A stretch of 64,000 nucleotides of DNA from Desulfobacterales bacterium (GTDB lineage Bacteria > Desulfobacterota > Desulfobacteria > Desulfobacterales > UBA2174). Under the pieces are notes generated by a model. The model made no database searches. It was given only the letters and a program-made list of their open reading frames with translations, and was not told where the DNA came from. The stretch covers positions 1 to 64,000 of the forward strand of contig CAXXWC010000019.1 in the NCBI GenBank assembly GCA_963668645.2, written 5' to 3'. The translations under genes and the position numbers were made by a program. Positions 9,284-19,386 of the stretch are shown one piece after another. Within the stretch, counting starts at the first letter, position 1, and the number at the start of each line of letters is the position of its first letter.

Positions 9284-10516
9284 ATGCCAGTGATCACGAT
9301 TTTCAGCGGCAGTTATTGCAACACCGGCCCTATCGTCGAAGAAGTCAAGGGCCGCTTGAACTACCGGCTGTTGACGGACGCCGACCTTGTCGCCGAGGCC
9401 GGCGCGCAATCCGGAATCGCCCAGAGCAAGATCCAGCGGGCCTTCAAGGCCAAGCCGTCCCTGTTCAACAAGTTCACCCACGAACGCGAGCAGGCCCTGG
9501 CCTATATGCGGCTGGTCACGGCCGAATCGTTGGCCGAAGAACGCCTGCTGGTTCACGGCTTTTGCAGCCATCTGATCCCCACCCGAATCAGCCATGTCCT
9601 GCGGATCTGCCTGATCGCCGACATGGCCGCGCGCCTGGCCAATGCCCGCGGCAGCGGGATCGATGAGAGCGAAGCGCGCAAATTGATCCACCTGGAAGAC
9701 CAGGATCGGGCCGCCTGGACCCTGGCGCACCGGTCGGTGCAAGATCCCTGGGATGCGACCCTCTACGACCTGATCCTGCCCACCGACAAGCAGCCGCCCG
9801 CAAAGGCGGCCGACCTGATCGCCGCGCAGGTCGCCCGGCCGGTGGTCGAGCCCAACCAGGCCTCGATGCAAGCCGTGGCCGATTTTCTGCTGGCGGCCCG
9901 GGTGGAGGTCGCATTGGTCAAAGAGGGGCACAAGGTCGGCGTGCGGGCCGAGGACGGGCGGGTGATCCTGACCATCAACGAACATGTCCTGATGCTCGGA
10001 CGGCTGGAAAATGAACTCAAGACCATCGCCGGCAAGGTTTCCGGCGTCACCGCGGTGGAGACCGAGGTCGGTCCCGGCTTTTACCAGGCCGACGTATACC
10101 GGCGCTTCAACTTCGAAACCCCCTCACGGATCCTGCTGGTCGACGATGAACGCGAATTCGTCCAGACCCTTTCCGAGCGGCTCTTGCTGCGCGATATGGG
10201 ATCCGCGGTGGCCTATGACGGTGAAACGGCCCTGGAGCTGGTGGGCGAGGACCAGCCGGATGTGATGATTCTCGATTTGAAAATGCCGGGGATCGACGGG
10301 ATCGAGGTGCTACGCCGGGTCAAGCAGACCCAACCGGAGATGGAGGTGATCATCCTCACCGGCCATGGCAGCGAGGCCGACCGGAAGCTGTGCATGGAGC
10401 TGGGGGCCTTCGATTACCTGCAAAAACCGGTGGACATCGACCGGCTCAGTGAAACGATCAAACGCGCCAATGAAAAAATCCGTCTGCGCCACGAGGCGGA
10501 CGGTCAATCGGACTGA
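9284..10516 (+). CDS. cytidylate-kinase-like + BON-like + receiver domain protein
   Basis: N-terminal MPVITIFSGSY...DPWDATLYDLIL (CMK-like), a middle BON-like segment, and a C-terminal REC (LLVDDE, ILDLKMPG, LTGHG, YLQKP). Confidence 0.8.
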   Translation: MPVITIFSGSYCNTGPIVEEVKGRLNYRLLTDADLVAEAGAQSGIAQSKIQRAFKAKPSLFNKFTHEREQALAYMRLVTAESLAEERLLVHGFCSHLIPTRISHVLRICLIADMAARLANARGSGIDESEARKLIHLEDQDRAAWTLAHRSVQDPWDATLYDLILPTDKQPPAKAADLIAAQVARPVVEPNQASMQAVADFLLAARVEVALVKEGHKVGVRAEDGRVILTINEHVLMLGRLENELKTIAGKVSGVTAVETEVGPGFYQADVYRRFNFETPSRILLVDDEREFVQTLSERLLLRDMGSAVAYDGETALELVGEDQPDVMILDLKMPGIDGIEVLRRVKQTQPEMEVIILTGHGSEADRKLCMELGAFDYLQKPVDIDRLSETIKRANEKIRLRHEADGQSD

Positions 10517-10534
10517 AATTCCGGGAAAACACCC

Positions 10535-12325
10535 ATGGGCAAATTGCGCCTGTTGATGGAACAGATTCGACCCGCGTTTTTGACGCGGCCGCCCAAAACA
10601 CCGGTGGCCGGAGCGTATCTGTTCAACTATCGGCGTTTGTGGTGGTTATCGACCCTGATCATGCTGGCCGTGGCGCTGCTGCCGCTGCTGATCATCTCGA
10701 TCGTCAACTACAAGGTCACCGAGAGCGGATTCGAAAGCGAATACCGCCTGCGCACGGCCCGTACCGTGTCCAACAGCTGGCGTGCCGTCTCCTTCTTTCT
10801 GACCGAACGGCGCGCGGCCCTGGATTTCATCGTGCACGACAACTCCCTGGAAACCCTTGCCGAGCCCCAACGGCTGGCCGACGTGCTGGCCGACCTTAAG
10901 CGTAGTTTCGGCGGCGGCTTCGTGGACCTGGGTGTCATCGACGCCCAGGGACGCCAACGCACCTACGTGGGGCCCTACGGGCTGGAAAACCGCCAGTACC
11001 GCGACCAACCCTGGTTTCGCGAGGTGGCCGAACGGGGGGTTTTTGTCAGCGACGTTTTTCTCGGTTTTCGCCAGGTCCCCCACCTGGTGATCGCCGTCAA
11101 GCAGACCTTGCCCTGGGGCGATTTCTATGTGCTACGCGCCTCCATCGGTATCGGCCCCTTCGAAGACCTGCTGGCCAACCTGGAGCTGAGCGGGCAGGGA
11201 GACGCCTTTATCATCAACCGCGACGGTGTGCTGCAGAGTCCTTCACACTACCACGGCGGGGTGCTTGAGAAAGTCTCCTTGCCCCTGCTCCCGCACGCGG
11301 CCCAGACCGAAGTGATCGAGCATACCACCGCTGGCGGCGAGGACCTCTTCATCGGCTACCGTTTCATCGAAGGCAGCCCGTTCATCCTGGTCATCGTCAA
11401 GAACAAGAACGAACTGCTCAAGCCCTGGTATCGCATCCGCCTGGAACTGATCGTTTTCACCCTGATCAGTATCAGCATCATCGTGGCGGTAATCCTGGGC
11501 ACCGTAACCCTGATCGTCGGGCATATCCACCTGGCCGACGAAAAGCGCCTGGCCACCTTGCATCAGATGGAATACGCCAACAAGATGGCCTCCATCGGCC
11601 GCATGGCCGCCAGCGTGGCCCATGAAATCAACAACCCCCTGGCCATCATCAACGAGAAGGCCGGCCTGATCAAAGACCTTTTTACCTTCAAGCCCCAGTA
11701 TGCACCGGATCCCAAACTCAACGCCCTGCTCGAAAGCATCCTGGCCTCGGTGCACCGGGCCGGCCGCATCACCAAGCGGCTGCTCACCTTCGCCCGCAAC
11801 CTGACGGCCAAGACCGAACGGGTCGACATGGCCGAAACCATCAATGAAATCCTCAGCTTCGTCGAACGTGACGCCGCCTACCGCAACATTAACCTCCAGA
11901 CCGATATCGGCCCGGAGCTCGATGCACTGTGCATGGACCGCGGCAAACTCCAGCAGGTGATCCTCAACATCGTCAACAACGCCCTTGCCGCCATGTCCGA
12001 CGGGGGCCACCTGCGCCTGAGCGCCCATCGCGAGGGACAAGCGCGCATCCGCCTGGAGATCTGCGACGACGGCTGCGGGATTCCCCCCGAAGACGTGCAG
12101 CGTATCTTCGAGCCGTTTTTTTCCACCAAAAAAGGCCAGGGCGGAACGGGGCTCGGTCTGTCCATCACCTATGGTCTGGTCCAGGAACTGGACGGCACCA
12201 TCGCGGTGCAAAGCACCGTGGGCCAGGGGACGTGCTTCTCTCTTACCCTGCCGCTCAAGCCGGTCGGCGCGTGTGAGAACCAATCCACCACCTGCGAAAA
12301 GGAGCCGCCATGCGCGTCCTCTTAG
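10535..12325 (+). CDS. membrane sensor histidine kinase with Cache-type periplasmic domain
   Basis: Two TM helices, H-box AHEINNPL, N-box NIVNNA, DDGCGI, FFSTK and GTGLGL. Confidence 0.92.
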   Translation: MGKLRLLMEQIRPAFLTRPPKTPVAGAYLFNYRRLWWLSTLIMLAVALLPLLIISIVNYKVTESGFESEYRLRTARTVSNSWRAVSFFLTERRAALDFIVHDNSLETLAEPQRLADVLADLKRSFGGGFVDLGVIDAQGRQRTYVGPYGLENRQYRDQPWFREVAERGVFVSDVFLGFRQVPHLVIAVKQTLPWGDFYVLRASIGIGPFEDLLANLELSGQGDAFIINRDGVLQSPSHYHGGVLEKVSLPLLPHAAQTEVIEHTTAGGEDLFIGYRFIEGSPFILVIVKNKNELLKPWYRIRLELIVFTLISISIIVAVILGTVTLIVGHIHLADEKRLATLHQMEYANKMASIGRMAASVAHEINNPLAIINEKAGLIKDLFTFKPQYAPDPKLNALLESILASVHRAGRITKRLLTFARNLTAKTERVDMAETINEILSFVERDAAYRNINLQTDIGPELDALCMDRGKLQQVILNIVNNALAAMSDGGHLRLSAHREGQARIRLEICDDGCGIPPEDVQRIFEPFFSTKKGQGGTGLGLSITYGLVQELDGTIAVQSTVGQGTCFSLTLPLKPVGACENQSTTCEKEPPCASS

Positions 12326-12678
12326 TCGACGACGAAAAGGAACTGATTTCGGCCATGGCCGAACGATTGGAGATGCGGGGGATCGAAACACGTTGGTTCA
12401 CCAGCGGAAAGGAAGCCATCCTGGCGATGACCTCCGACTGCTTCGATTTGGCCGTGCTGGATGTCAAGATGCCCGGCATGGGCGGCCTGGAGTTGAAAAG
12501 CCGTTTGACCCAATGCTGCCCGCAAATGAAATTCATCTTCCTGACCGCCTACGGCTCGGAACAGGTTTTCGATTCGGTGGCCACAGAATTGGGGGACGAC
12601 TTTTACCTCGTCAAACCGGTGGATATCCAGGAGCTGATGGCCAAGATCAACCTCCTTTCGGGCAAGGAGGACGCATGA
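12310..12678 (+). CDS. single-domain response regulator
   Basis: LLVDDE, VLDVKMPG, FLTAYG, LVKP. Confidence 0.9.
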   Translation: MRVLLVDDEKELISAMAERLEMRGIETRWFTSGKEAILAMTSDCFDLAVLDVKMPGMGGLELKSRLTQCCPQMKFIFLTAYGSEQVFDSVATELGDDFYLVKPVDIQELMAKINLLSGKEDA

Positions 12679-13361
12679 ATCCAACGCACCCGGCTTTGGC
12701 CATGAATGCCTTGCAGTTCAGCGGTGCGGTAACGGCCGCCTTTTCCCACGACTTTAAAAACGTGCTGGCCATCATCAAGGAAAACAACGGCCTGCTCAAA
12801 GACCTGCTGGCCATGGCGGAGCACGGCCGCCCCCTGGATCCCGAGCGCCTGGCGGTTCTGGCCGAACGCATCGGGCGCCAGGTGGAACGGGCCGACCGGA
12901 TGGCGGTCCAGCTCAACCGTTTCGCCCACAGCGCTGATCTGCCCGAGGTCGAAACGGATCTGGGCCCCATGCTCGAGTTGGCCGTCGTTCTGGCCGGCCG
13001 CCCGGCAGGACTCAAACGGGTGACCCTGGAAGCGGTCCCCCCTGCGGCATCGCTATGGGTGACGACCTTTCCGTTCGCACTCCAGCAATTGCTCTACCGC
13101 TGCATCGAGCCGCTTTTGGACAGGGCCGGCAGCGGTGGGAAGATCATGTTGAAGGCTCAGGGCGGACCGGCTTCTGCCGCAGTGGCGCTTATCGCCCGCA
13201 CCGCAGAGGGCCGGATCCCTGCCGGCGACGCCCCGGCCCCGGCCCTTGAAATGGCCCACTTGGCCGAGGCCCTGAAAATCCGCCTCGACTGGGACGAACC
13301 GGACGGCGGCTGGCACCTCGCTTGGCGTTCCCATCGGCCGCAAACAGAAACAGAGCCCTAA
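12675..13361 (+). CDS. HisKA-containing kinase-like protein with degenerate ATPase domain
   Basis: GGAGG RBS before the ATG at 12675, overlapping the previous stop. H-box SHDFKNVLAIIKE is present; DxGxG and GxGLG boxes are not. Confidence 0.7.
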   Translation: MNPTHPALAMNALQFSGAVTAAFSHDFKNVLAIIKENNGLLKDLLAMAEHGRPLDPERLAVLAERIGRQVERADRMAVQLNRFAHSADLPEVETDLGPMLELAVVLAGRPAGLKRVTLEAVPPAASLWVTTFPFALQQLLYRCIEPLLDRAGSGGKIMLKAQGGPASAAVALIARTAEGRIPAGDAPAPALEMAHLAEALKIRLDWDEPDGGWHLAWRSHRPQTETEP

Positions 13362-13430
13362 CCCAACCCCCGCCGCAAGGCATAAAACGGCGGACCCGCG
13401 GATCTTCACCCTTCCCAAAGGAGGTTATAC

Positions 13431-13859
13431 ATGGCTGAGCGCATATTGATCGTGGATGACGAAAAGGATTTTCTCGAAATCATGGCCGAACGCATGAGCA
13501 CCCGCGGGATCGAGGTGGCCACAGCCCACTCGGCCCAGGAGGCTTTGCGCCAAGTCGAAGCGGGCAGTTTCGATGCCGTGATTCTCGACCTGAAAATGCC
13601 CGAAGTCGACGGACTCGAGACCCTCAAGGCGATCAAGGCACGGCAGCCCGAAGCCCAGGTGATCCTGCTCAGCGGTCAGGCCAGCCTCCAGGACGGGATC
13701 GCAGCCATGAAGCTCGGAGCCCTCGATTTTCTGGAAAAACCGGCCGACATGAACGTGCTGATGGAAAAAATCCGCAAGGCCCAGGCGCGCAAGATGCTGG
13801 TAGTCGAACGCCAGGTGGAAGAAAAGGTAAAAAAAATCGTCAGCACCCGCGGATGGTAA
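13431..13859 (+). CDS. single-domain response regulator
   Basis: ILIVDDE, ILDLKMP, LSGQ, FLEKP; GGAGG RBS. Confidence 0.9.
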   Translation: MAERILIVDDEKDFLEIMAERMSTRGIEVATAHSAQEALRQVEAGSFDAVILDLKMPEVDGLETLKAIKARQPEAQVILLSGQASLQDGIAAMKLGALDFLEKPADMNVLMEKIRKAQARKMLVVERQVEEKVKKIVSTRGW

Positions 13860-14117
13860 GACCGGGAATGACGTCAGGCCGCTAGATGGCCCGGGATGCT
13901 TGAGGGAACTTTCGACTTCCTGAACGAAGACAGTCCGTTCGAACGAATCGCAACCAAAATCGACGCGGCCCCGGAGCGCTTCAACATGCACCAGGACCGC
14001 ACAGAATAGGCACGAAGCGCCATCGCACACTGCGAACCGTCTCTTGAGGATGATCCGCGGTAAACGAGGCATGCTCGCATCCGCATGCGACAACCCCCAC
14101 AAACAAAGGAGAAAGTC

Positions 14118-14492
14118 ATGAAACCATCCCGACTGACTGCAATCATCCTTATCTGCGCTGCAATGGTGTGCCTCTGGGCACTGGCAGGGTGCGGCTCCAG
14201 GGCCGACATGCTGACCGAATGCAGCGGGACGTGGCAAAACGACAAAGGAGACGAGACGGTTGAAATTCAGCTGGTGGGGGACAGCAAGCGGATTGTCGTC
14301 AATGGCGATGCCTATACCGCCATCGTCGAGCGGATCGACAAAGGCAGCTACCTCGCGGTGGTCAAAGTCGAAAAGACCGGTGGCCCGACCGCCGAGTGGA
14401 GCCTTCAGCAACGCTGGAACGACAACGGCAGCAGCTTTTCACTGCTCTTTTTCCACGACGGTCACCAGGAAGTCTTGACGGCCAAATCCTGA
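14118..14492 (+). CDS. small lipoprotein of unknown function
   Basis: AAGGAG RBS, signal peptide with lipobox LAGC, beta-rich mature part. Confidence 0.7.
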   Translation: MKPSRLTAIILICAAMVCLWALAGCGSRADMLTECSGTWQNDKGDETVEIQLVGDSKRIVVNGDAYTAIVERIDKGSYLAVVKVEKTGGPTAEWSLQQRWNDNGSSFSLLFFHDGHQEVLTAKS

Positions 14493-14545
14493 AACGATCC
14501 ACGCCGGCATCCGGTTCAGTCTGCACCGGGGCCGGCGCGGAAAAA

Positions 14546-15838
14546 TCATCCGGCCAAAGAGGCCAGAACCGCTTTGGCCGCCTCCAGGGTGGCGGCGATC
14601 TCGGATTCACCATGAGCCGCCGAAACAAAGAGCGCCTCGAACTGCGAGGGCGCCAGATAGACGCCCCGTGCCAGCATCCCCTGATAGTACCGGGTGAAAC
14701 GCTCCAGGTCGCTTTGTTTGGCCTGCGCGAAGTCGTGGACCGGTTCCCGGGTAAAAAACATCCCCAGCATCGACCCGACGCGGTCGACCGCCACCTCGAT
14801 CCCGACCGAGGCTGCGGCGTCTTTTAGTCCCTGGGCGAGCTGTTGGCAGCGCCGGTCCAGGGCCTCATAAAAGCCTTCCGTTTGAAGCTGTTCCAAGGTC
14901 GCGATGCCCGCGGCCATGGCCATGGGGTTGCCCGAAAGGGTTCCGGCCTGGTAGACCGGCCCCACCGGCGCCACGTGGGCCATGATCTCGCGCCGCCCCC
15001 CATAGGCTCCCACCGGCAGCCCGCCGCCGATGATCTTGCCGAAGGTGGAAAGATCCGGGGCGATCCCATATAGCACCTGGGCCCCGCCGTAAGCCACGCG
15101 AAATCCGGTCATCACCTCGTCGAAGATCAAAAGCGCACCGCAGCGTTCGGTTTCCCGCCGCAGGGTCTCGAGAAATCCGTTACGCGGCGCCACCAGGCCC
15201 ATGTTGCCGGCCACCGGTTCGACGATGACGGCCGCGATCTTCTCCCCCTGTTCGGCCATCACCTGCTGGAAAGTGGCGCTATCGTTGTACGGCAAGGAGA
15301 GGGTATGGGACGCGAAGGACTCGGGTACGCCCGGGCTGCCCGGGATGGCCAGGGTCGCCACCCCGCTGCCGGCCGCCACCAGCAGTGAATCGGCATGGCC
15401 GTGGTAGCAGCCGTCGAACTTGACGATGCGCTCCCGGCCGGTATAGCCCCGGGCCAGGCGGATGGCGCTCATGGTGGCCTCGGTGCCCGAATTGACCATG
15501 CGTACCATTTCCAGGGCCGGTACGGCCGCCACCAGCATTTCTGCCAGGCGGGTCTCGCTTTCGGTGGGCGCCCCGAAGCTCATCCCGTGCTCCAGGGCCT
15601 CACTGACCGCCGCCACCACGGCCGGATGGCGGTGGCCCAGGATCATGGGCCCCCAGGAACCGACATAGTCGATATAGTCGTTGCCGTCCGCGTCGCGGAT
15701 ATACGCCCCCCCGGCGCTGACGATAAACGGCGGGCAGGCCATGCCCACCGAACGGCAGGCCCGCACAGGGCTGTTGACCCCGCCGGGAATCACACCCATG
15801 GCTGACTGGTAGAGGCGCTGGCTGCACGAATGATCCAT
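14546..15838 (-). CDS. hemL: glutamate-1-semialdehyde 2,1-aminomutase
   Basis: [46 protein letters not shown] and GTLSGNP. Confidence 0.96.
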   Translation of the reverse strand: MDHSCSQRLYQSAMGVIPGGVNSPVRACRSVGMACPPFIVSAGGAYIRDADGNDYIDYVGSWGPMILGHRHPAVVAAVSEALEHGMSFGAPTESETRLAEMLVAAVPALEMVRMVNSGTEATMSAIRLARGYTGRERIVKFDGCYHGHADSLLVAAGSGVATLAIPGSPGVPESFASHTLSLPYNDSATFQQVMAEQGEKIAAVIVEPVAGNMGLVAPRNGFLETLRRETERCGALLIFDEVMTGFRVAYGGAQVLYGIAPDLSTFGKIIGGGLPVGAYGGRREIMAHVAPVGPVYQAGTLSGNPMAMAAGIATLEQLQTEGFYEALDRRCQQLAQGLKDAAASVGIEVAVDRVGSMLGMFFTREPVHDFAQAKQSDLERFTRYYQGMLARGVYLAPSQFEALFVSAAHGESEIAATLEAAKAVLASLAG

Positions 15839-15975
15839 GACGGTGTTTCCTTTCCGAAACAGGTTGACAGATCGGCATAACGCAGCCAAGAGATAGCAGA
15901 AGCTTTCCGAACGGGTCAAGACGCCGTAGCGCCCGTTGCGGCTTTTATCAATCGCTCCGGACGGTGATTCAACCC

Positions 15976-16713
15976 ATGCCTCGTGTCCCTCCGCTGGCAA
16001 AAATGCTCGCCTATGTCCTGGGCCGCTGCCCGGACGAGTTCGGCCTCGTTCCGGGCAGCGACGGATTCGTCCCGGTCAAGACCCTGCTCCAGGCCCTGGG
16101 CGAAGAGCAGGGCTGGAAGCACGTGCGCCGGGGCCATCTCAACGAACTGCTCATGCTCGGTCCCCACGCGCCGGTGGAAATCGTTGCCGATGGGATCCGG
16201 GCCGTGGAACGCAGCCGCCTCCCATCGCCCATTGCATGCCACGATCCGCCCAAACTGCTCTATACCGCTGTCCGGCGCCGGGCTTACACCCATGTGCTGG
16301 AACATGGCCTAGCGGCCACCGCGCCTCCGGGGCTGATCCTGGCCGCAGAACGCCAAATGGCGCTACGAATCGGCGGGCGCCGCGATCCGGATCCGATCCT
16401 TCTGGAAGTGCGCACCCGGGAGCTGATTGCCGCAGACGCGCCCCTGCAGTCCTTTGGCGAACGGCTCTTTGTGACGCCGGCGCTGCCGGCCGGGTGCTTC
16501 AGCGGCCCTGCCCTGCCCAAGGCCGCACCGGCACCTGCGGCAACGGTGCCAAGCGCCGCCCGCCCGCCGGCCCATCCGGGCAGTTTTTTCCTCGATCCCG
16601 AGCCGTCCGGCCCGTCCAAGGCCAAAAAGGGGCAACGCAAAGAACCGGAATGGAAACGCCAGCGCCGTCTGGACAGACGACAGCAGCGCCAGCGCCGTGC
16701 CGATGGGCAATGA
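15976..16713 (+). CDS. RNA 2'-phosphotransferase (KptA/Tpt1)-like protein, divergent
   Basis: [26 protein letters not shown] resembles the Tpt1 N-terminus; [16 protein letters not shown] resembles the C-terminal domain. Confidence 0.65.
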   Translation: MPRVPPLAKMLAYVLGRCPDEFGLVPGSDGFVPVKTLLQALGEEQGWKHVRRGHLNELLMLGPHAPVEIVADGIRAVERSRLPSPIACHDPPKLLYTAVRRRAYTHVLEHGLAATAPPGLILAAERQMALRIGGRRDPDPILLEVRTRELIAADAPLQSFGERLFVTPALPAGCFSGPALPKAAPAPAATVPSAARPPAHPGSFFLDPEPSGPSKAKKGQRKEPEWKRQRRLDRRQQRQRRADGQ

Positions 16714-16781
16714 AAGACAAAAATCCCAAAAATGGCTTGACAACCGAATTTCGAGCTGCTATCGAAGCGTTTTCATTGCAT

Positions 16782-16858
16782 GGGCCGTTAGCTCAACTAG
16801 GCAGAGCAAATGACTCTTAATCATTAGGTTGAAGGTTCGATTCCTTCACGGCCCACCA
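16782..16858 (+). tRNA. tRNA-Lys (anticodon CTT)
   Basis: GGGCCGT/ACGGCCC acceptor stem, TAGCTCA D-arm, ATGA-CT-CTT-AA-TCAT anticodon arm, GGTTCGATTCC T-arm, encoded CCA; TTGACA at 16737. Confidence 0.96.
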
Positions 16859-16872
16859 CAATGATCGCCCAG

Positions 16873-16900
16873 GGCTAGCCCGCAACGGCTAGCCTTTTTT
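16873..16900 (+). terminator. terminator after tRNA-Lys
   Basis: GGCTAGCC-cgcaac-GGCTAGCC hairpin followed by T6. Confidence 0.75.
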
Positions 16901-16988
16901 GCTTTCGCCGCCCTTGACATCATTACGGGGCCGGTGATAGTTAAATAGATTTTTTGAGGCCCGCAACGCTTTGGGCGGAACCGGGCCG

Positions 16989-17035
16989 CTCCTTGCTCCG
17001 GCACCCTGCGCCGGGGCTTGAAACCCGAAAGGAGG
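16989..17035 (+). promoter_or_regulatory. S6:S18 ribosomal protein autoregulatory leader
   Basis: CTCCTT pairs with the SD AAGGAG; inner hairpin GCTCCGGC/GCCGGGGC; unpaired CCCG just 5' of the SD, directly upstream of rpsF. Confidence 0.65.
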
Positions 17036-17039
17036 CGCA

Positions 17040-17501
17040 ATGCGAAGGTATGAAACCATTCTGATCCTCGATCCGGACCTTTCCGAAGATGGAAGGGCGC
17101 CGCTGATCGAGCGCATCGGCCAGTTCATTCCCCAACAGGGGGGGCTCGTGGTGGAGGAAGACCACTGGGGCGCCCGCAAACTGGCCTACGACATCAAGCG
17201 CAAACAACGCGGCTATTACTTGCGGTTCGATTACTGCGGCACCGGCCCCCTGGTCACCGAACTGGAACGCTTCTGCCGCATCGACGACCGCGTCTTGAAG
17301 TTCATGACGGTGCAGTTGGCCGATGCGGTGAATGTCGAAGAGATCCAGGCGGAAATGGCGGCCCGGGCCGCCGCTGCCGAAGCGGAAGAAGCGGAACAGG
17401 ACGAGGCACCCGCCGAGGAAAGCGACGGCGAGCAAACCGCCGAGACGACCGAAGACGGCAGCGACACGGACCTCGAAACCGCCGACGAAAAGAAGGAGTA
17501 A
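17040..17501 (+). CDS. rpsF: 30S ribosomal protein S6 (acidic C-terminal tail)
   Basis: MRRYETILILDP, WGARKLAYDI, GYY. Confidence 0.96.
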   Translation: MRRYETILILDPDLSEDGRAPLIERIGQFIPQQGGLVVEEDHWGARKLAYDIKRKQRGYYLRFDYCGTGPLVTELERFCRIDDRVLKFMTVQLADAVNVEEIQAEMAARAAAAEAEEAEQDEAPAEESDGEQTAETTEDGSDTDLETADEKKE

Positions 17502-17504
17502 GCC

Positions 17505-17777
17505 ATGGCCGCACCTCGCAACCGCAACGCCAACGCCCGCCCGCGGCGCAAACGCAGAGTTTTCCACCGCCGTAAGGTATGCCGTTTCTGTGCCGACAGC
17601 ACTATCGTGATCGATTACAAGGACCCTAAAACCCTGCGGCACTTCATCACCGAACGCGGCAAAATCATTCCACGGCGGATTTCCGGTACCTGCGCCCGGC
17701 ACCAGCGGGTTCTGACCACCGCGATCAAACGGGCGCGCACCATCGCCCTGCTGCCCTTCGTCGGCACCGTGGAGTAA
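17505..17777 (+). CDS. rpsR: 30S ribosomal protein S18 (zinc-binding type)
   Basis: [40 protein letters not shown]. Confidence 0.97.
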   Translation: MAAPRNRNANARPRRKRRVFHRRKVCRFCADSTIVIDYKDPKTLRHFITERGKIIPRRISGTCARHQRVLTTAIKRARTIALLPFVGTVE

Positions 17778-17824
17778 CCTTTCCTGGCCGCCGCCGTTGC
17801 CGGTGGCGGCGGCAGGATTTCACC

Positions 17825-18754
17825 ATGACCCGAGACATCGCCACCGGGATCGGCTTGACCCTGCTGGTCTTTGTTATCGCGGTGCGGGTTCCGGTACTGG
17901 GCTTCTTCGGTGTCCTGTTCATGCCCCTGCCGACCCTTTTTTACCGCGTCAAACTCGGCCGGCAGCCGGCCGTGGCCGTACCGGTGATCGGGATGGGGGT
18001 CATGTTCGCCGTAGCCGGTGCATTTTCGGCGGACTTGTTCTTTTTCACGGCCCTGCTTTTGTTGGGGTTTATCCTGGGCGAACTGCTTGAACGGCACCTG
18101 GCCATCGAGCAGATGGTGCTGAAGGCCTGCGGTGTGATGATCGCCGGTGGCGGGGCCATGTTCCTTCTGGTGGCACTGGCCGCCGGGCAGAACGTCGCCG
18201 CCTTGATCAACGCCTACGTGGCCGAAAACCTTAAGGCCGCCTTGGAACTCTACCGGGCCATGGGGATCCCGGAGGAGAATGTCCGGCATATCGCCGGTGC
18301 CCTGGACCGGATCACCTTCATCCTGGTACGGGTTATCCCCGGCATGGGGCTGAGCACGCTTTTGGTGGTGGTGTGGGCCAATCTGATCATGGCCCGGGCC
18401 ATCTTGGTCCGCCGCGGGTTGCCGGCCCCGGATTTCGGCCGGCTCAACCGCTGGCGGGCCCCGGAGCCCCTTGTCTGGGTGGTCATCGGCGGTGCAGTCC
18501 TGCTGATGACCCCGCCCATGGGGCTTAAACTGATCGGGGTCAACCTGCTGCTGGTGATGATGACGTTCTATTTTTTCCAGGGCATCGCCATTGTGGCATA
18601 TTATTTCGACCGCAAAGGGGTCCCCCGCCCCCTGCGAATTTTTCTTTACAGCCTGGCGGCCGTGCAGCAACTGATCCTACTGCTGATCATCGCCATGGGC
18701 TTTTTCGATGTCTGGTTCAACTTCCGGCGGCTGGAAACCGAAAACGGCCGCTGA
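17825..18754 (+). CDS. YybS / DUF2232 membrane protein
   Basis: Polytopic hydrophobic ORF with FFQGIAI and GFFDVWFNFRR, in its usual position between rpsR and rplI. Confidence 0.85.
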   Translation: MTRDIATGIGLTLLVFVIAVRVPVLGFFGVLFMPLPTLFYRVKLGRQPAVAVPVIGMGVMFAVAGAFSADLFFFTALLLLGFILGELLERHLAIEQMVLKACGVMIAGGGAMFLLVALAAGQNVAALINAYVAENLKAALELYRAMGIPEENVRHIAGALDRITFILVRVIPGMGLSTLLVVVWANLIMARAILVRRGLPAPDFGRLNRWRAPEPLVWVVIGGAVLLMTPPMGLKLIGVNLLLVMMTFYFFQGIAIVAYYFDRKGVPRPLRIFLYSLAAVQQLILLLIIAMGFFDVWFNFRRLETENGR

Positions 18755-18774
18755 GGCTGAGTGTGGGAGGCAAT

Positions 18775-19221
18775 ATGATGAAAGTCATTCTGACCCAAAC
18801 GATCGATTCCCTCGGCATGATCGGCGCCGAGGTCAAGGTGGCCAACGGCTATGCCCGCAACTACCTGCTGCCCCAAAAAAAGGCCGTGCTGGCCACGGCG
18901 GCCAACAGAGCAGTTCTGGCGCAGCAGAAAGCCAAGCTTGATCTGCAGATCGCCAAGGAAAAGGCCGTGGCCGAAGAGATGGCCCAACGCCTGGCCGGCG
19001 TCTCGGTGAGCATCACCGGCAAGGTGAGTGATCAGGACCGGCTCTACGGCTCGGTGGGGGTCCGGGACATCGCCGAGGCCTTAGCCAAACAGGAGATCCG
19101 GGTCGAAAAGCGGATGATTCTGCTTGACGAACCGATCAAGCAACTCGGGCGCTACCAGGTGCCGATTCGGGTCTACACCGATGTGGAACCGACCATCGAA
19201 GTCGAGGTGGTGGCCGAATAG
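18775..19221 (+). CDS. rplI: 50S ribosomal protein L9
   Basis: MKVIL, VANGYARNYLLP, LYGSV, PIKQLG. Confidence 0.97.
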   Translation: MMKVILTQTIDSLGMIGAEVKVANGYARNYLLPQKKAVLATAANRAVLAQQKAKLDLQIAKEKAVAEEMAQRLAGVSVSITGKVSDQDRLYGSVGVRDIAEALAKQEIRVEKRMILLDEPIKQLGRYQVPIRVYTDVEPTIEVEVVAE

Positions 19222-19386
19222 CGCAACGATGCACCCGGATCGCAGCCGCGCGCGCAATCCGGGTGCATTCCACGCCGTCGACCGATGGCGCCAGTGACGC
19301 CGCTTGCCGGCAGGTGCCGGCGTCTCGGCCGCCCGTTTTCCGGGATGACAGGTCCGTGCTGTCACCCGGGGTGAACATGACCGGCC

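Noticed and set aside
16782..16900. Integrative element at tRNA-Lys
   Set aside because: The tRNA is followed directly by its terminator and the rpsF operon; I saw no integrase or duplicated 3' tRNA end.
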